64,000 nucleotides of DNA, from NCBI GenBank assembly GCA_002269645.1, contig NIVC01000150.1:558001-622000 (forward strand). The letters are read 5' to 3'. The DNA comes from Macrostomum lignano (lineage: Eukaryota). Positions 1-18,100 of the stretch are shown piece by piece. A model generated the notes under the pieces. The model was not told the DNA's origin, did no database searches, and saw nothing but the letters and a program-made list of their open reading frames with translations. The position numbers were made by a program, and so were the translations under genes. Positions within the stretch are counted from its first letter, which is position 1; the number at the start of each line of letters is the position of its first letter.

Positions 1-240
1 CTCATCAAATCTACAATGACCTCATCAAATCTACAATGACCTCATCAAATCTACAATGACATCATTAAATCTACAATGACCTCATCAAATCTACAATGAC
101 CTCATCAAATCTACAATGACCTCATCAAATCTACAATCACCTCATTAAATCTACAATTACATCATCAATTTTATAATAAACTCATTAGTTCTAAATTGAC
201 CTCAAATATTCTACAATGACCTCAAAGATTCTAGAATGAC
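1..240. repeat. 20-bp tandem repeat (CTCATCAAATCTACAATGAC), decaying rightwards
   Basis: Directly visible; lies downstream of the 715-534 exon, i.e. intronic. Confidence 0.95.
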
Positions 241-533
241 TTAATCAATTCTTACAATAACATAATTGTTAGAAAAAAGAACCAATCAATACTTTAACAT
301 CATCATCAATACTACAATGACATCATAGGTATTAAAATTATCTCATTGTTACTGCAATGACTGTACCAATACTACGATGACCCCATGCATATTGCAATGA
401 CCTCATGAATATTTCTAATAAATTTATAATCTATGAACTGCTACTATGATCTCATTAACAGTTACAATGGCCCATAAAATCGTTACAAGGATTTCTGAAG
501 CTGTCCCCAAATCGCATACGAATAGCCACTCAC

Positions 534-3058
534 CGTTAAATTCAGTTCCTTTAAATTTGCTGGCGAAGGCTGGCACTCGCCATTGGCATCAAGGTAGGAT
601 CGCTCGGAGCCCTCATAAGTGCTGCAGGCGTTTCGGCTGGGACTCTCCGTTGTTGAACAGGTGGCGCACGGCGTTTCTAAATGCGGTGGAGTGGTTTTCC
701 AAATTACCTTAAATTCTGGGGATTCTTATATAAATTGTAAAAATTTACCTCATTAATTACAGAGACGTAAATCTTATACGATCGATGGGGCAATCTCAAG
801 GGGATTACCAAGAGAATCGCAAGGGGAATCCTAAAGGCTATCCCAGGGAAATCCGAAAGGGTAATCCCCAGGGAAATCCGAAAGGTTATCCCCAGGGAAA
901 TCCGAAAGGGTATCCCCAGGGAAATCCCAAAGAGTATCCCCAGGGATATCCCAAAGGGTATCCCCAGGGAAATCCCAAAGCGTATCCCAGGAAAATCGCA
1001 AAGAGAATTGCAGAGGAATTCCCAAGAGAATTTCCAAGGTTTAAAGCGGAATCCCAAGTGGGAATCCCAAAGAGGAATCCCAAAGGTGAATTCCGAACGG
1101 GAATCCCAAGGGGAATACAAACTGGTGAACCCCAAAAGGAATCTCAAAGGAAACCTTCTAAGGAAATTTCGAAAGGAAATCTTTAAGGGAATCCCAGGGA
1201 AATTCCGGACCAGAATTCCCATACTGCAGAGTCCTTCAAAGAAAATCAAATGCAGGAATTCGGTGAATTGTGCGGGAAATCCCATACTACTTCGAGGGGA
1301 AATACTAAGGGAGTCGCCTTTCATTTTTGTTAAAGCATTCAGAATGAAAAGTTAAATTCATTTCGAAGATTAAATTCTAAAAGAATGCGAACAAATTCCT
1401 GGGAAATAAACTTATTCAAAATGATTTATGAAGCCAAGCAGAGAACCAAGTAAACAACATGAAGAATTTTCCAAATCCCACTTCACTTTCTTGCCAAACT
1501 CCAGACGGAATCGAACAGGTTATCCCAGCGAATGTACTTTTCATATCAATGAATAATAATTCACTGTCGGAGATGCTGAATCCACGTTTTTTAAACCAAC
1601 CACTTGCACCTTCGGATTCAGCGATATTGACTGCCTGGGCTTGCCGCATCTTACCAAGCACGCAGGCCTGTGCATCTTCCTCCTTTCAGCTTCCCTAATG
1701 TACTTTCTCCCCCGCCCGTTCTTCATCTATCAGATAGTCTTCAACCCTAGAAGGTACAGCCGAAGAAAAGTCGACGGTCACGGGATGGAAAATAGCGAAC
1801 TAAGCTTATCTATAAAATTAGTTGCATTTACAATCCAACGAATTGCTTTGGCTAAATGAATTCGATGGATAGGAAATAAAGAATTGGCTAGGGGTTAAAC
1901 TGTGCAGTCTTTATGAATTTCTTTAATCTCTTGATCATTGATTGCTGATTGCTGGACCCTTTGCAAATACTAAATATTAATTCCCTGTTGTGCCCCAGTC
2001 ATTCTCTGTGTTCCATGGTTGCTGCTTTGAGTTTCCCGACTCTGTCTCCGTCACTCTGTGACTCTCTTTGTCACTCTGTGTCACTGTCACTCTCTGTCAC
2101 TCTCTGTCACTCTCTGTCACTCTCTGTCACTCTCTGTCACTCTCTGTCACTCTCTGTCACTTTCTGTCACTCTCTGTCACTCTCTGTCACTCTCTGTCAC
2201 TCTCTGTCACTCTCTGTCACTCTCTGTCACTCTCTGTCACTCTCTGTCACTCTCCGTCACTCTCCGTCACTATCTGTCACTCTCTGTCACTCTCTGTCAC
2301 TCTCTGTCACTCTCTATGTCCCTCGATGCCATTCCTGTTTCTGTGGCCCAGTCTTCCAGTCTCCACCCAGCCTAACCGACGCTGGTGTCTCTGACAGTTG
2401 TCTCTGAGTCCACCGTCGGAGTTTCCGTCGGCTCGTCGACCAGCACGCCGGCGAATTTGATGCAGATTGGGCAGCGTCGCTCCTCGCTGACCCCTCCGAC
2501 GCTTTCAGCCAGCAGCAGGCGGAACGGGAGTTGCACCGGGGTCGCTACATCGGGGCTGACGCCCAGTACAGCCGGGTACGGCACCAGGGTGAGCGGGTCG
2601 GTCTGGTAGCTCAGCGTCACGCTGCTCACCCCGTCGGAGCCGCGGAACTCCTGGCGTCGTAGGAACTCGCAAAGCGGCAAGCCGGCACTGGGACAGGCCG
2701 GGTCGCAGGCGAACAGCGCCTTGACAGTTCGGCTCTGCAGGAGGGTCTGGCAGTGGGTGTAGGCATGCGAGCTGAGCTTGGCGAATTCCGCTGAGCAGCT
2801 TCTGGTGAGCAGCAGCTCCACCGAGGCGTTCGATCTTCGCCGACAGTCCGGCGGGTCCTGGCAGATGCTGTTGCTGGCAGCAAGGCTGTCACCAGCGGTC
2901 GCATTCTCAACTGCCCGAGCCAGCAGTTCGGCCGCGGCAGCGACGCTTTTCGAGCACATGATGTCCGAAGTTTGGTACAATAAATTTCCGGCCGCCAGAG
3001 ACTCGGCCGGTTGCCATAGCAACAGAATAATTGACAGGAGAATAGCGTAGGGCGGCAT
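534..3058 (-). CDS. Orphan Cys-rich secreted/membrane protein, 5' exons (continues beyond the left edge)
   Basis: Exon 3058-2377: MPPYAILLSIILLLWQPAESLA signal-peptide-like start, 228-aa ORF, donor G|GTTAGG in phase 1. Exon 715-534: acceptor CCCCAG, open frame EFKVIWKTTPPHLETPCATC...ELNLT, donor GTGAGT. Phases match. No family recognised. Confidence 0.65.
785..1210. repeat. Degenerate ~24-bp tandem repeat (CCCCAGGGAAATCCGAAAGGGTAT)
   Basis: Visible periodicity; accounts for the spurious ORFs at 704-1355. Confidence 0.85.
2060..2315. repeat. 10-bp tandem repeat (CTCTGTCACT)
   Basis: Directly visible. Confidence 0.95.
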
Positions 3059-3699
3059 GCTTCGCTTGGATATGGTAGGGTTGGAAAGCGCCGCTGCGAA
3101 GGGCAGTGCTCGCTGTCTTATTTATTCACTCTCTGAGCGACCACCTGTCTCTCCAAGGACACCTACAGCCAGAGCCTGGGGGTTGATCATTCTTCCCTTT
3201 CAGCTGTTAATTCCAAGACGCAATAGGCGTGACAGATCTGTCCGATTTTATGGTGAACAATTTGACAGAATTGCGGTATTACAATTTGAAACTGTATTGG
3301 GACTGGGGTTTAATATCGTCTTAGAAAATATTCGTTAAGGAGTTGCCAGTCCAAATTTTGGTTTCAAGTGCTCCTTGATTTCTCACAAGCCTGCATGTAT
3401 GTGCCTACCAGCCTGCCCTTATGAATAATTAATGATCAGGTGCTGGGTGGTCATGCAGGGAGTGTCCTCTCGGTGACTCAGAGCTAGCCGAGCGACTAAT
3501 AAAAGCAGTTGATTAATCAGTCAGGCGAGGGGAAACGGCGAATGAAGCACCTCGTAAACAATCTGGCTTATCCTCAGGGAGATTGATATCAGAGCTGCGA
3601 ACAAGTCTGTTTCTGATTGGCTGGACTGAGGGAATCGTTGTATGTTACAGCATCAGGAAAATTTAAAGGGCAAGACCATGTCGAAATAGATAAATCCTA

Positions 3700-3805
3700 G
3701 ATTGATTTATTGACTTATTGATTGATTGATTAATTGATTTATTTATTTATTTATTTATTATTTGATTGATTAGCTGATTCGTTTATGATTGATTGATTGA
3801 TTGAC

Positions 3806-3850
<45 letters not shown>

Positions 3851-3867
3851 AATTGATTAATTGATTA

Positions 3868-3926
<59 letters not shown>

Positions 3927-3987
3927 AATTGATTGATTGATTGATTTATTGATTTATTGATTATTTGATTGATTAGCTGATTCGTTT

Positions 3988-4029
<42 letters not shown>

Positions 4030-4038
4030 AATTGATTA

Positions 4039-4071
<33 letters not shown>

Positions 4072-4074
4072 CTA

Positions 4075-4128
<54 letters not shown>

Positions 4129-4297
4129 CGATTGATTGATTGATTGATTGATTAATTGATCGATTGATTGATTGATTGATTAATTAATTGATTGATTGAT
4201 TGATTGATTGTCTAATTGATTGATCGATTGATTGATTGATTGATTAATTGATTGATTGATTGATTGATTGATTAATTGATTGATTTATTGATCGATC

Positions 4298-4338
<41 letters not shown>

Positions 4339-4344
4339 ATCGAT

Positions 4345-4385
<41 letters not shown>

Positions 4386-4442
4386 ACTTGATCGATTGCT
4401 TGATTGATTGGTTGATTAGCTGATTAGTTGATTGATTGATTG
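3700..4442. repeat. (ATTG)n microsatellite
   Basis: Directly visible. Confidence 0.97.
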
Positions 4443-4493
4443 AGTCGCATGCAGATGTGAGTTCATTTAAAGTTTATTTATTTTTCAACTCAC

Positions 4494-5428
4494 CAAACCG
4501 TCCGGCTCCATCCCGCCTGTCGCTTTGAGGATTGGAAGTGGGCAGTTTCTGATTGAGCATCGAGGGCAGCTCTGTCGTCAAGGTGAATCCTGCACTGCTG
4601 GAGTTTACTAAAATTAAATTAATATTTCAGTTTTTGACCGGAAGGAACCTTTTGTATGAGTTTTAGTCGCAGGGATCGTTATCAGTCATTTATCACTGTC
4701 GCAATGAGTGGGTCTCTCCCGATTCTCCAGCCAAAGTCCCCGGATCTACTTCACAATAACCAAATCGCGGCCCATTGTTAATATTCTATCTCATCGTTTA
4801 ACCTGTTTGGACAAGGTCATTTCATTTAAAAAAATAATATTTAACCTATTGTTACTGAAAGATCAACTTACTGCAGTTGTAGGACCCGTTAAGAATTCGC
4901 TTCTCTGAGAAGCACCCGTGGTACAGAGCCTCTCTGACCGATTTCGGATTTTTAATCTGGCAATTGAAGTAGCCGCCGCGATCAGCAACGAAGCAGTCGG
5001 TTCTGCGGTAATTATCGGGCAACTCTTAGTGTTAAAAGCTCAATTATATTGTGTAAGTATGGTGAGCACATATTGTGTGAGATGACGTACTTTCGCTGCA
5101 ATGCTTGGGTGAAATTCTCTGCCGAAAGAGAGCAGTCGCCCGTAGAGTCGATAGTTTCTAAGTCAAATGGGCTGTTGCTGAGTTCCGGCTCTGCTTTCTT
5201 CTGAAACGTTACTTTCTTGCCAGGCTCCATAAGCAACATAAAGCCAACAAATTTGTTGCACTGTGGTTCAAATGTGTCCCCAGGTTCGATCGTCATAGTG
5301 CACGCGACTTCAGAGCACGGATCTTTATTTAAGCGAACCGCAGAACTTGACACAAAGGTCAATATAAGAATGCGAACTAGAATCGATCGACAGAACAGTT
5401 GATATTGAAGCTTCGTCACCGCCAACAT
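4494..5428 (-). CDS. Orphan Cys-containing putative secreted protein, at least 3 exons
   Basis: Exons 5428-5091 (donor GTACGT, phase 2), 5002-4872 (TDCFVADRGGYFNCQIKNPK..., donor GTAAGT, phase 1) and 4607-4494 (donor GTGAGT, phase 1) join in frame. Hydrophobic N-terminus. A possible last exon starts at 3319 (DDIKPQSQYSFKL*), unconfirmed. Confidence 0.55.
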
Positions 5429-6049
5429 TGCTTTGATTTGGAATGAAAAATTACGAATATATTATTGGTTTATTTTTATGAATAATATATAATAAATGAT
5501 TAGTTAACTAATACTAAGTAATATTAGATAATTTCGGTCGAAAATTAATAGCTTAGAAGCGAATTTGCTCTATGCATACACACACTTAGCTGCGTATTTT
5601 TTATCACTACGAGTAAGAGTTTAAACTATATAAGAATTTGTTTTTTACTTACCTATTGGAAGATGTGGTAGTATTTTTTTCTTTAATGTCGCAACGTCGC
5701 AATGCGGCAATGGCATAAAAACCAATGATCGTTTTTAAGAACAAAATCAAGTGTGCGTTTATAATATCGCCTCTTTTTATCGTGCCGAGTAAAACAATTT
5801 TTTAAACTAAGAATTTGTTAAGTGTAGTAAAAAGGCGTTGATAATGTTCAACTATACAAAGAACCATGACAGGAGTTGAATCTATTCATTTAATCCTTTT
5901 AATTTACAGTGTTCATATTTGGAGTCTAGAATGGTACGAATTTAATGAGCGTGACTTTTTTACTTTCGAGCTACTTAACGTACGAATTTTACTCAGGATC
6001 GCGACCTCACTTGGTTAATTTCTAGTTCTGGCTATCTCCGTAAACAGAT

Positions 6050-11836
<5,787 letters not shown>

Positions 11837-12164
11837 ACAGCTGCTACGAAGGAACTTCTTCATGTTTCAGCGTCATTTTAAAACCGTCTACACAAGTTCA
11901 AATGCAAAGGACTATTTAGCTCATAGCAACTGTCATTAATCGCTTCCATGACTCTGCTGTCGGTTGGCACTGCTTTGAGATGCAAATGTTTATAAAAGTA
12001 AATGTATATGACTTTCTATTTAACATTTTATATAAAAGCGTCATATTTAATCCTAAATAATTCAAAACAGGTGTTTTTACGATTGACTTGAGTTGCTTCA
12101 AATTCTGGATCTAATTACCCCTTGGTCACCACCACAGATACTTCGTGGATATTGCTACAGGGTA

Positions 12165-13192
12165 CAGTAGGTATTGCTACAGCCTTCATCGGGTACTTCA
12201 GTAGGTATTGCTACAGCCTTCATCGGGTACTTCAGTGGGTATTGCTACAGCCTTCATCGGGTACTTCAGTAGGTATTGCTACAGCCTTCATCGGGTACTT
12301 CAGTAGGTATTGCTACAGCCTTCATCGGGTACTTCAATAGGTATTGCTACAGCCTTCATCGGGTACTTCAGTAGGTATTGCTACAGCCTTCATCGGGTAC
12401 TTCAGTAGGTATTGCTACAGCCTTCATCGGGTACTTCAGTAGGTATTGCTACAGCCCTAATCGGGTACTTCAGTAGGTATTGCTACAGCCCTAATCGGGT
12501 ACTTCAGTAGGTATTGCTACAGCCTTCATCGGGTACTTCAGTAGGTATTGCTACAGCCTTCATCGGATACTTCAGTGGGTATTGCTACAGCCCTAATCGG
12601 GTACTTCAGTGGGTATTGCTACAGCCTTCATCGGGTACTTCAGTAGGTATTGCTACAGCCCTAATCGGGTACTTCAGTAGGTATTGCTACAGCCTTCATC
12701 GGGTACTTCAGTGGGTATTGCTACAGCCTTCATCGGGTACTTCAGTAGGTATATTGCTACAGCCTTCATCGGGTACTTCAGTAGGTATTGCTACAGCCTT
12801 CATCGGGTACTTCAGTGGGTATTGCTACAGCCCTAATCGGGTACTTCAGTAGGTATTGCTACAGCCTTCATCGGGTACTTCAGTAGGTATTGCTACAGCC
12901 TTCATCGGGTACTTCAGTGGGTATTGCTACAGCCTTCATCGGGTACTTCAGTAGGTATATTGCTACAGCCTTCATCGGGTACTTCAGTAGGTATTGCTAC
13001 AGCCTTCATCGGGTACTTCAGTGGGTATTGCTACAGCCCTAATCGGGTACTTCAGTAGGTATTGCTACAGCCTTCATCGGGTACTTCAGTAGGTATTGCT
13101 ACAGCCTTCATCGGGTACTTCAGTAGGTATTGCTACAGCCTTCATCGGGTACTTCAGTGGGTATTGCTACAGCCTTCATCGGGTACTTCAGT
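12165..13192. repeat. 34-bp minisatellite (GTAGGTATTGCTACAGCCTTCATCGGGTACTTCA)
   Basis: Directly visible. Confidence 0.96.
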
Positions 13193-13493
13193 GATTGCTG
13201 CCACAGCCCGCTCAGCTTTTAGCCCCATTCTGGCGATCCCAAAGCATTAAGCTATTACGGCTTTCTAATCTGCCTGCTTTCAGTAGTGTAGACTCTAAGA
13301 AATTTAAATACCATTAAATGCTGAGTGAGCCACATCGGATAAATCAAAGATCGATCAGTGCTAAATTTTGCTGACCGATTTACTCTTCGCTTTGTTTGTC
13401 GAATTCCAAAGCATGCAACTGGGTCGTGTGAAATTTTAATAGTTGACAATTCTGGTAACTTGTTTACCAGTGCCTTGAAGTTATTTTGGTTGA

Positions 13494-15040
13494 CTATTTG
13501 CTAAATAGAAGACTGCTTATAGCTCTTAATACCTCAATTTTTGGCAGCGGTTGGTGCTGCACAGGGTGAACCGCTGCCAGCACACTTAAATACGATCGTA
13601 GTTAAGCTCTTCAACTAACGACTGTTGACATCTGCAATGGCTCTTCATCTGAAACTGCTGCTTCTGTGCTTCTGCTGCACCAACTGCGGCTGTGAGACTG
13701 CTTTTTTCTGCTCTGCTCTTGGCTTTGCTTTTGCGCCTCCTTGCTGCAGCTTTTGCGCCTCCTTGCTGCAGCTTTTGCGCCTCCTTGCTGCAGCTTTTGC
13801 GCCTTCTTGCTGCAGCTTTTGCGCCTCCTTGCAGTAGCTTTGGCGCCTCCTTGCAGTAGCTTTTGCGTCTCCTTGCAGTAGCTTTGGCGCCTCCTTGTAG
13901 TAGCTTTGGCGCCTCCTTGCAGTAGCTGGTGCTGGCGCCCCTCCCTGGTGCTGGCGCCCCTGGTGCTGGCGCCCCTGGTGCTGGCGCCCCTGGTGCTGGC
14001 GCCCCTGGTGCTGGCGCCCCTGGTGCTGGCAGTCTTCTATTTGCTAAATAGAAGACTGCTTATAGCTCTTAATACCTCAATTTTTGGCAGCGGTTGGTGC
14101 TGCACAGGGTGAACCGCTGCCAGCACACTTAAATACGATCGTAGTTAAGCTCTTCAACTAACGACTGTTGACATCTGCAATGGCTCTTCATCTGAAACTG
14201 CTGCTTCTGTGCTTCTGCTGCACCAACTGCGGCTGTGAGACTGCTTTTTTCTGCTCTGCTCTTGGCTTTGCTTTTGCGCCTCCTTGCTGCAGCTTTTGCG
14301 CCTCCTTGCTGCAGCTTTTGCGCCTCCTTGCTGCAGCTTTTGCGCCTTCTTGCTGCAGCTTTTGCGCCTCCTTGCTGCAGCTTTTGCGCCTCCTTGCTGC
14401 AGCTTTTGCGCCTTCTTGCTGCAGCTTTTGCGCCTCCTTGTAGTAGCTTTGGCGCCTCCTTGCAGTAGCTTTTGCGTCTCCTTGCAGTAGCTTTGGCGCC
14501 TCCTTGCAGTAGCTTTTGCGTCTCCTTGCAGTAGCTTTGGCGCCTCCTTGTAGTAGCTTTGGCGCCTCCTTGCAGTAGCTGGTGCTGGCGCCCCTCCCTG
14601 GTGCTGGCGCCCCTGGTGCTGGCGCCCCTGGTGCTGGCGCCCCTGGTGCTGGCGCCCCTGGTGCTGGCGCCCCTGGTGCTGGCGCCCCTGGTGCTGGCGC
14701 CCCTGGTGCTGGCGCCCCTGGTGCTGGCGCCCCTGGTGCTGGCGCCCCTGGTGCTGGCGCCCCTGGTGCTGGCGCCCCTGGTGCTGGCGCCCCTGGTGCT
14801 GGCGCCCCTGGTGCTGGCGCCCCTGGTGCTGGCGCCCCTGGTGCTGGCGCCCCTGGTGCTGGCGCCCCTGGTGCTGGCGCCCCTGGTGCTGGCGCCCCTG
14901 GTGCTGGCGCCCCTGGTGCTGGCGCCCCTGGTGCTGGCGCCCCTGGTGCTGGCGCCCCTGGTGCTGGCGCCCCTGGTGCTGGCGCCCCTGGTGCTGGCGC
15001 CCCTGGTGCTGGCGCCCCTGGTGCTGGCGCCCCTGGTGCC
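13494..15040. repeat. Tandem duplication of a 543-bp unit (starts 13494 and 14037) containing 22-bp and 15-bp (GGTGCTGGCGCCCCT) arrays
   Basis: The unique segment CTATTTGCTAAATAGAAGACTGC...TTTGCTTTTGCGCC occurs twice; both internal arrays are longer in copy 2. Confidence 0.92.
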
Positions 15041-15101
15041 CTGGAAAAATTGACTAGATTAAAACTTTTTTAAGTTACAAAATGTTTTAACAAATCAACA
15101 G

Positions 15102-18100
15102 GCTTTTGCTTCAACGTCTCGTCAAACGATTTTCTTCAAGCCTGGCAATCTTCCTATTACTATCAGCCCGAAGCCAGCTGCTTCCGCCATTCGTCTGCCA
15201 GACCAGATCATTGGGAGTATTTCCACACGAGCGGGACTCCGGACTCATTTGGCTACCAATGGCTGCTGCTGAAGTTGAAGCAGAGAGTTCGAGTGCGTTC
15301 CGTCGTTGTCTATGGCAGGAAGAACCGTGAGTAGCATCTGCAGATGTGCAACCGACAGCTCAGCCGCAGCTATTGCGCGGCGCATCTGAAGGCTGCGTAC
15401 GGCTGTTCAGTCCAAGGACTGAGGGGGGGGGGTCGCCACACACACCCTCAATTACCCCAGCTAATGCTGGCACCCATTTTACAGCTGGGTGAACTGAAGC
15501 AAATGCAGAAGTTAAGCGTCTTGCTCAAAGGCACAAATTGTTCTGGATAGAGAATCGAACCCCCGACCTTTCAGTTTTGAGGCCGACGTTGACTCTATAA
15601 AACCCCCCAAAGACTTCTAAAAAACTTCTCACTAAAACTGATGCAACACTGCAACAGTGCAATTGTTTGATATTTTCCAGCAAATTTTGCATCCGAGAGA
15701 GCCAGAGCACTGAGCATTGAAGTGCTGCTCAGCCACCACATGCCAGCAGGTCTGGTTGAGCATCCGCATGACTGCACAGCGAGTTTTAATCACAATCTGA
15801 CTGGATTTCACCTGTGCGGCTTCACGAAAAATTCGAGCAATTCAGAGTTAACCTACAGAGTGGCCTGCCCAGACTGGACCGATCCCGAGGTTCGCCACTT
15901 TTCATTTTTGGTTAGGCTTTGGGGTGTTCGGGTTTCCATTTTTAAATCCCGGGGTAAACCCCGAACCCGAAACCCGACCCGGACCGAAACCCGAACTTTC
16001 CCTGAAAGGAGAACGCTTCATCTTAGGTTTTCCTTGATGATCTTTTTTTCCAAGAGTGACGACTGAAGGGAGTTACTCGTCCTGAGGTACCTCTGGTAGT
16101 CTACGTCTCGTTCTCATTTGAAGTCCTGGCTCCTTAACTCCTATTTCTAGTCATCAGCTAGCAATTTCAAGTCTTCACTCCTCTCCTCCCTGTAATTTGA
16201 CTCCTCATTCTTAAGATCTTAGCATTGACTTAACATCCACTTATCCAAATGTTTACCAACTTGGCTTTAAGTTGTCATTGTTAGCGCAACACTCGAGTGT
16301 AGCTTAATGAGGAATAGGAAAATAAAGGTTGAACAACCTTAAGTCTTTCATTGATGTGTTTAATAAAAATGTATGCAATTGAAAATAAAGGGATTTTTTA
16401 AATCCACAAGCACAGACCAGCGACCAGCCAGAATCCATGGATTCATAGATTACATCCGTTAAAACCTTAAATTTGTAATTGAAAACTTAAATTCAAGCAT
16501 TATTTTCGAAGTTTAAATATTCGCCTTTTTATGCTTAAAAGCGTTTCATAACGGCTAGGAGAAATTTATTTTTAAAAAGTTTATTCTTCCTTTGAACTCG
16601 AAAACCCCGAAAACCCGACCCTAAACCCGACCCGACCCCGAAACCCGACCCGAAACCCGACCCGACCCCGAAACCCGACCCGAAACCCGACCCGACCCCG
16701 AAACCCGACCCGAAACCCGACCCGACCCCGAAACCCGACCCGAAACCCGACCCGACCCCGAAACCCGACCCGAAACCCGACCCGACCCCGAAACCCGACC
16801 CGAAACCCGACCCGACCCCGAAACCCGACCCGAAACCCGACCCGACCCCGAAACCCGACCCGAAACCCGACCCGACCCCGAAACCCGACCCGAAACCCGA
16901 CCCGACCCCGAAACCCGACCCGAAACCCGACCCGACCCCGAAACCCGACCCGAAACCCGACCCGACCCCGAAAACCCGACCCGAAACCCGACCCGACCCC
17001 GAACCCCGAACACCCCTAGTTAGGCTCCATCAGTTTCAGAATCCGCAGCGTCTCAACACTTCATTCCAGCTTCCTCAATTTCTGCTACTAAGAAAGTTTG
17101 TGGCCAATCAAACTGACACGTTCGTGACCTTCCGGCTGCTGGGAATTGAAGAAGGTGAGAGTTTCTGATAGAAAATTTGCCAGATTAGAATCACCTTTAG
17201 CAGACAGCTCTTGCTCTGCTTTTTTTCAGTCCACTTCTGCAAGCTGCAGAGCAACGGCTGCTCAATCAACGCCTTGTTCCATCTGAAGCTGAATGACAAT
17301 CTGCTGATCAGGGCTTGGCTACCGAGAATCTGCAGCAGTTCGCCTGCCTCTGCATCAAACTGCAGATTAATCATGTGCAACGGTTTCAGTATTGGACTTG
17401 GCAGGGTAAGCGCAAACTTAAAATCTTTGACTACTTGCAGTTCAGTAGAAAGTTGAATAGAAGCATTTTAATGTATTTTTGGGCCAGACTCATTCTTTGA
17501 ATGTGTTTCCAGAGCAACACAACAGACGACACCTTGGTTTTGAAGGCTTTCACAGTGACTTGGCAAGTCCACTTGGCGACTCTGCATTGCCGACGGGCCT
17601 GTCAAGATGGCACTCAACGAGAGACTGCTCAACTACTCCAAATCAGTAACTGGGAGGCCATCAGCAGTGTTCGTGAGTTCGTGATACTAAGATAACTGGA
17701 TATGCTTAGTAAAACAGCTTTCTACTTTCAGTTCAGTAGCAAAGAAGAATACATAAGCTATTTTATAAAAAAGGCAGCTAAAATGACTTTGATAGGTTTA
17801 GAAGCCCAATGCTTACAGGCGCAAACAGCTTGCTAATTGGTTCAGCAATAATGTACACAAGTCCACTGAAATGTACATGGCAGCTTTTGGAATTCCGAGA
17901 AGGGCAATAAAAATTAGGGCGGGGAGGGGGTAGTGTGGAAAGGCGCGGTTGGAGGGTTTAAGCTGGGGGGAGGGTTAGAGCCTATAAATAAGCCGTGGCT
18001 TTAATAATACATTAAAATGCTTCTGTTTAACTTACTACTGAACTGAAAGTAGCTTACACGCAAATGTGCTGAGTGGCCCATCTAGTTATTCAGTATCTAT

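Noticed and set aside
1416-1800. Minus-strand frame faintly like a pogo/CENP-B HTH (…AQAVNIAESEGASGWFKKRG)
   Set aside because: Two in-frame stops, weak similarity, and no TIRs or DDE domain seen.
12165-13192. CRISPR-like regular ~34-bp periodicity (also 31590-33010, 47010-47495)
   Set aside because: Head-to-tail units without unique spacers, in eukaryotic context with no cas genes.
14559-15073. (GAPGA)n ORF resembling elastin, collagen or silk
   Set aside because: A pure 15-bp DNA repeat with no synonymous variation and no splice context; the same motif occurs elsewhere in non-coding arrays.
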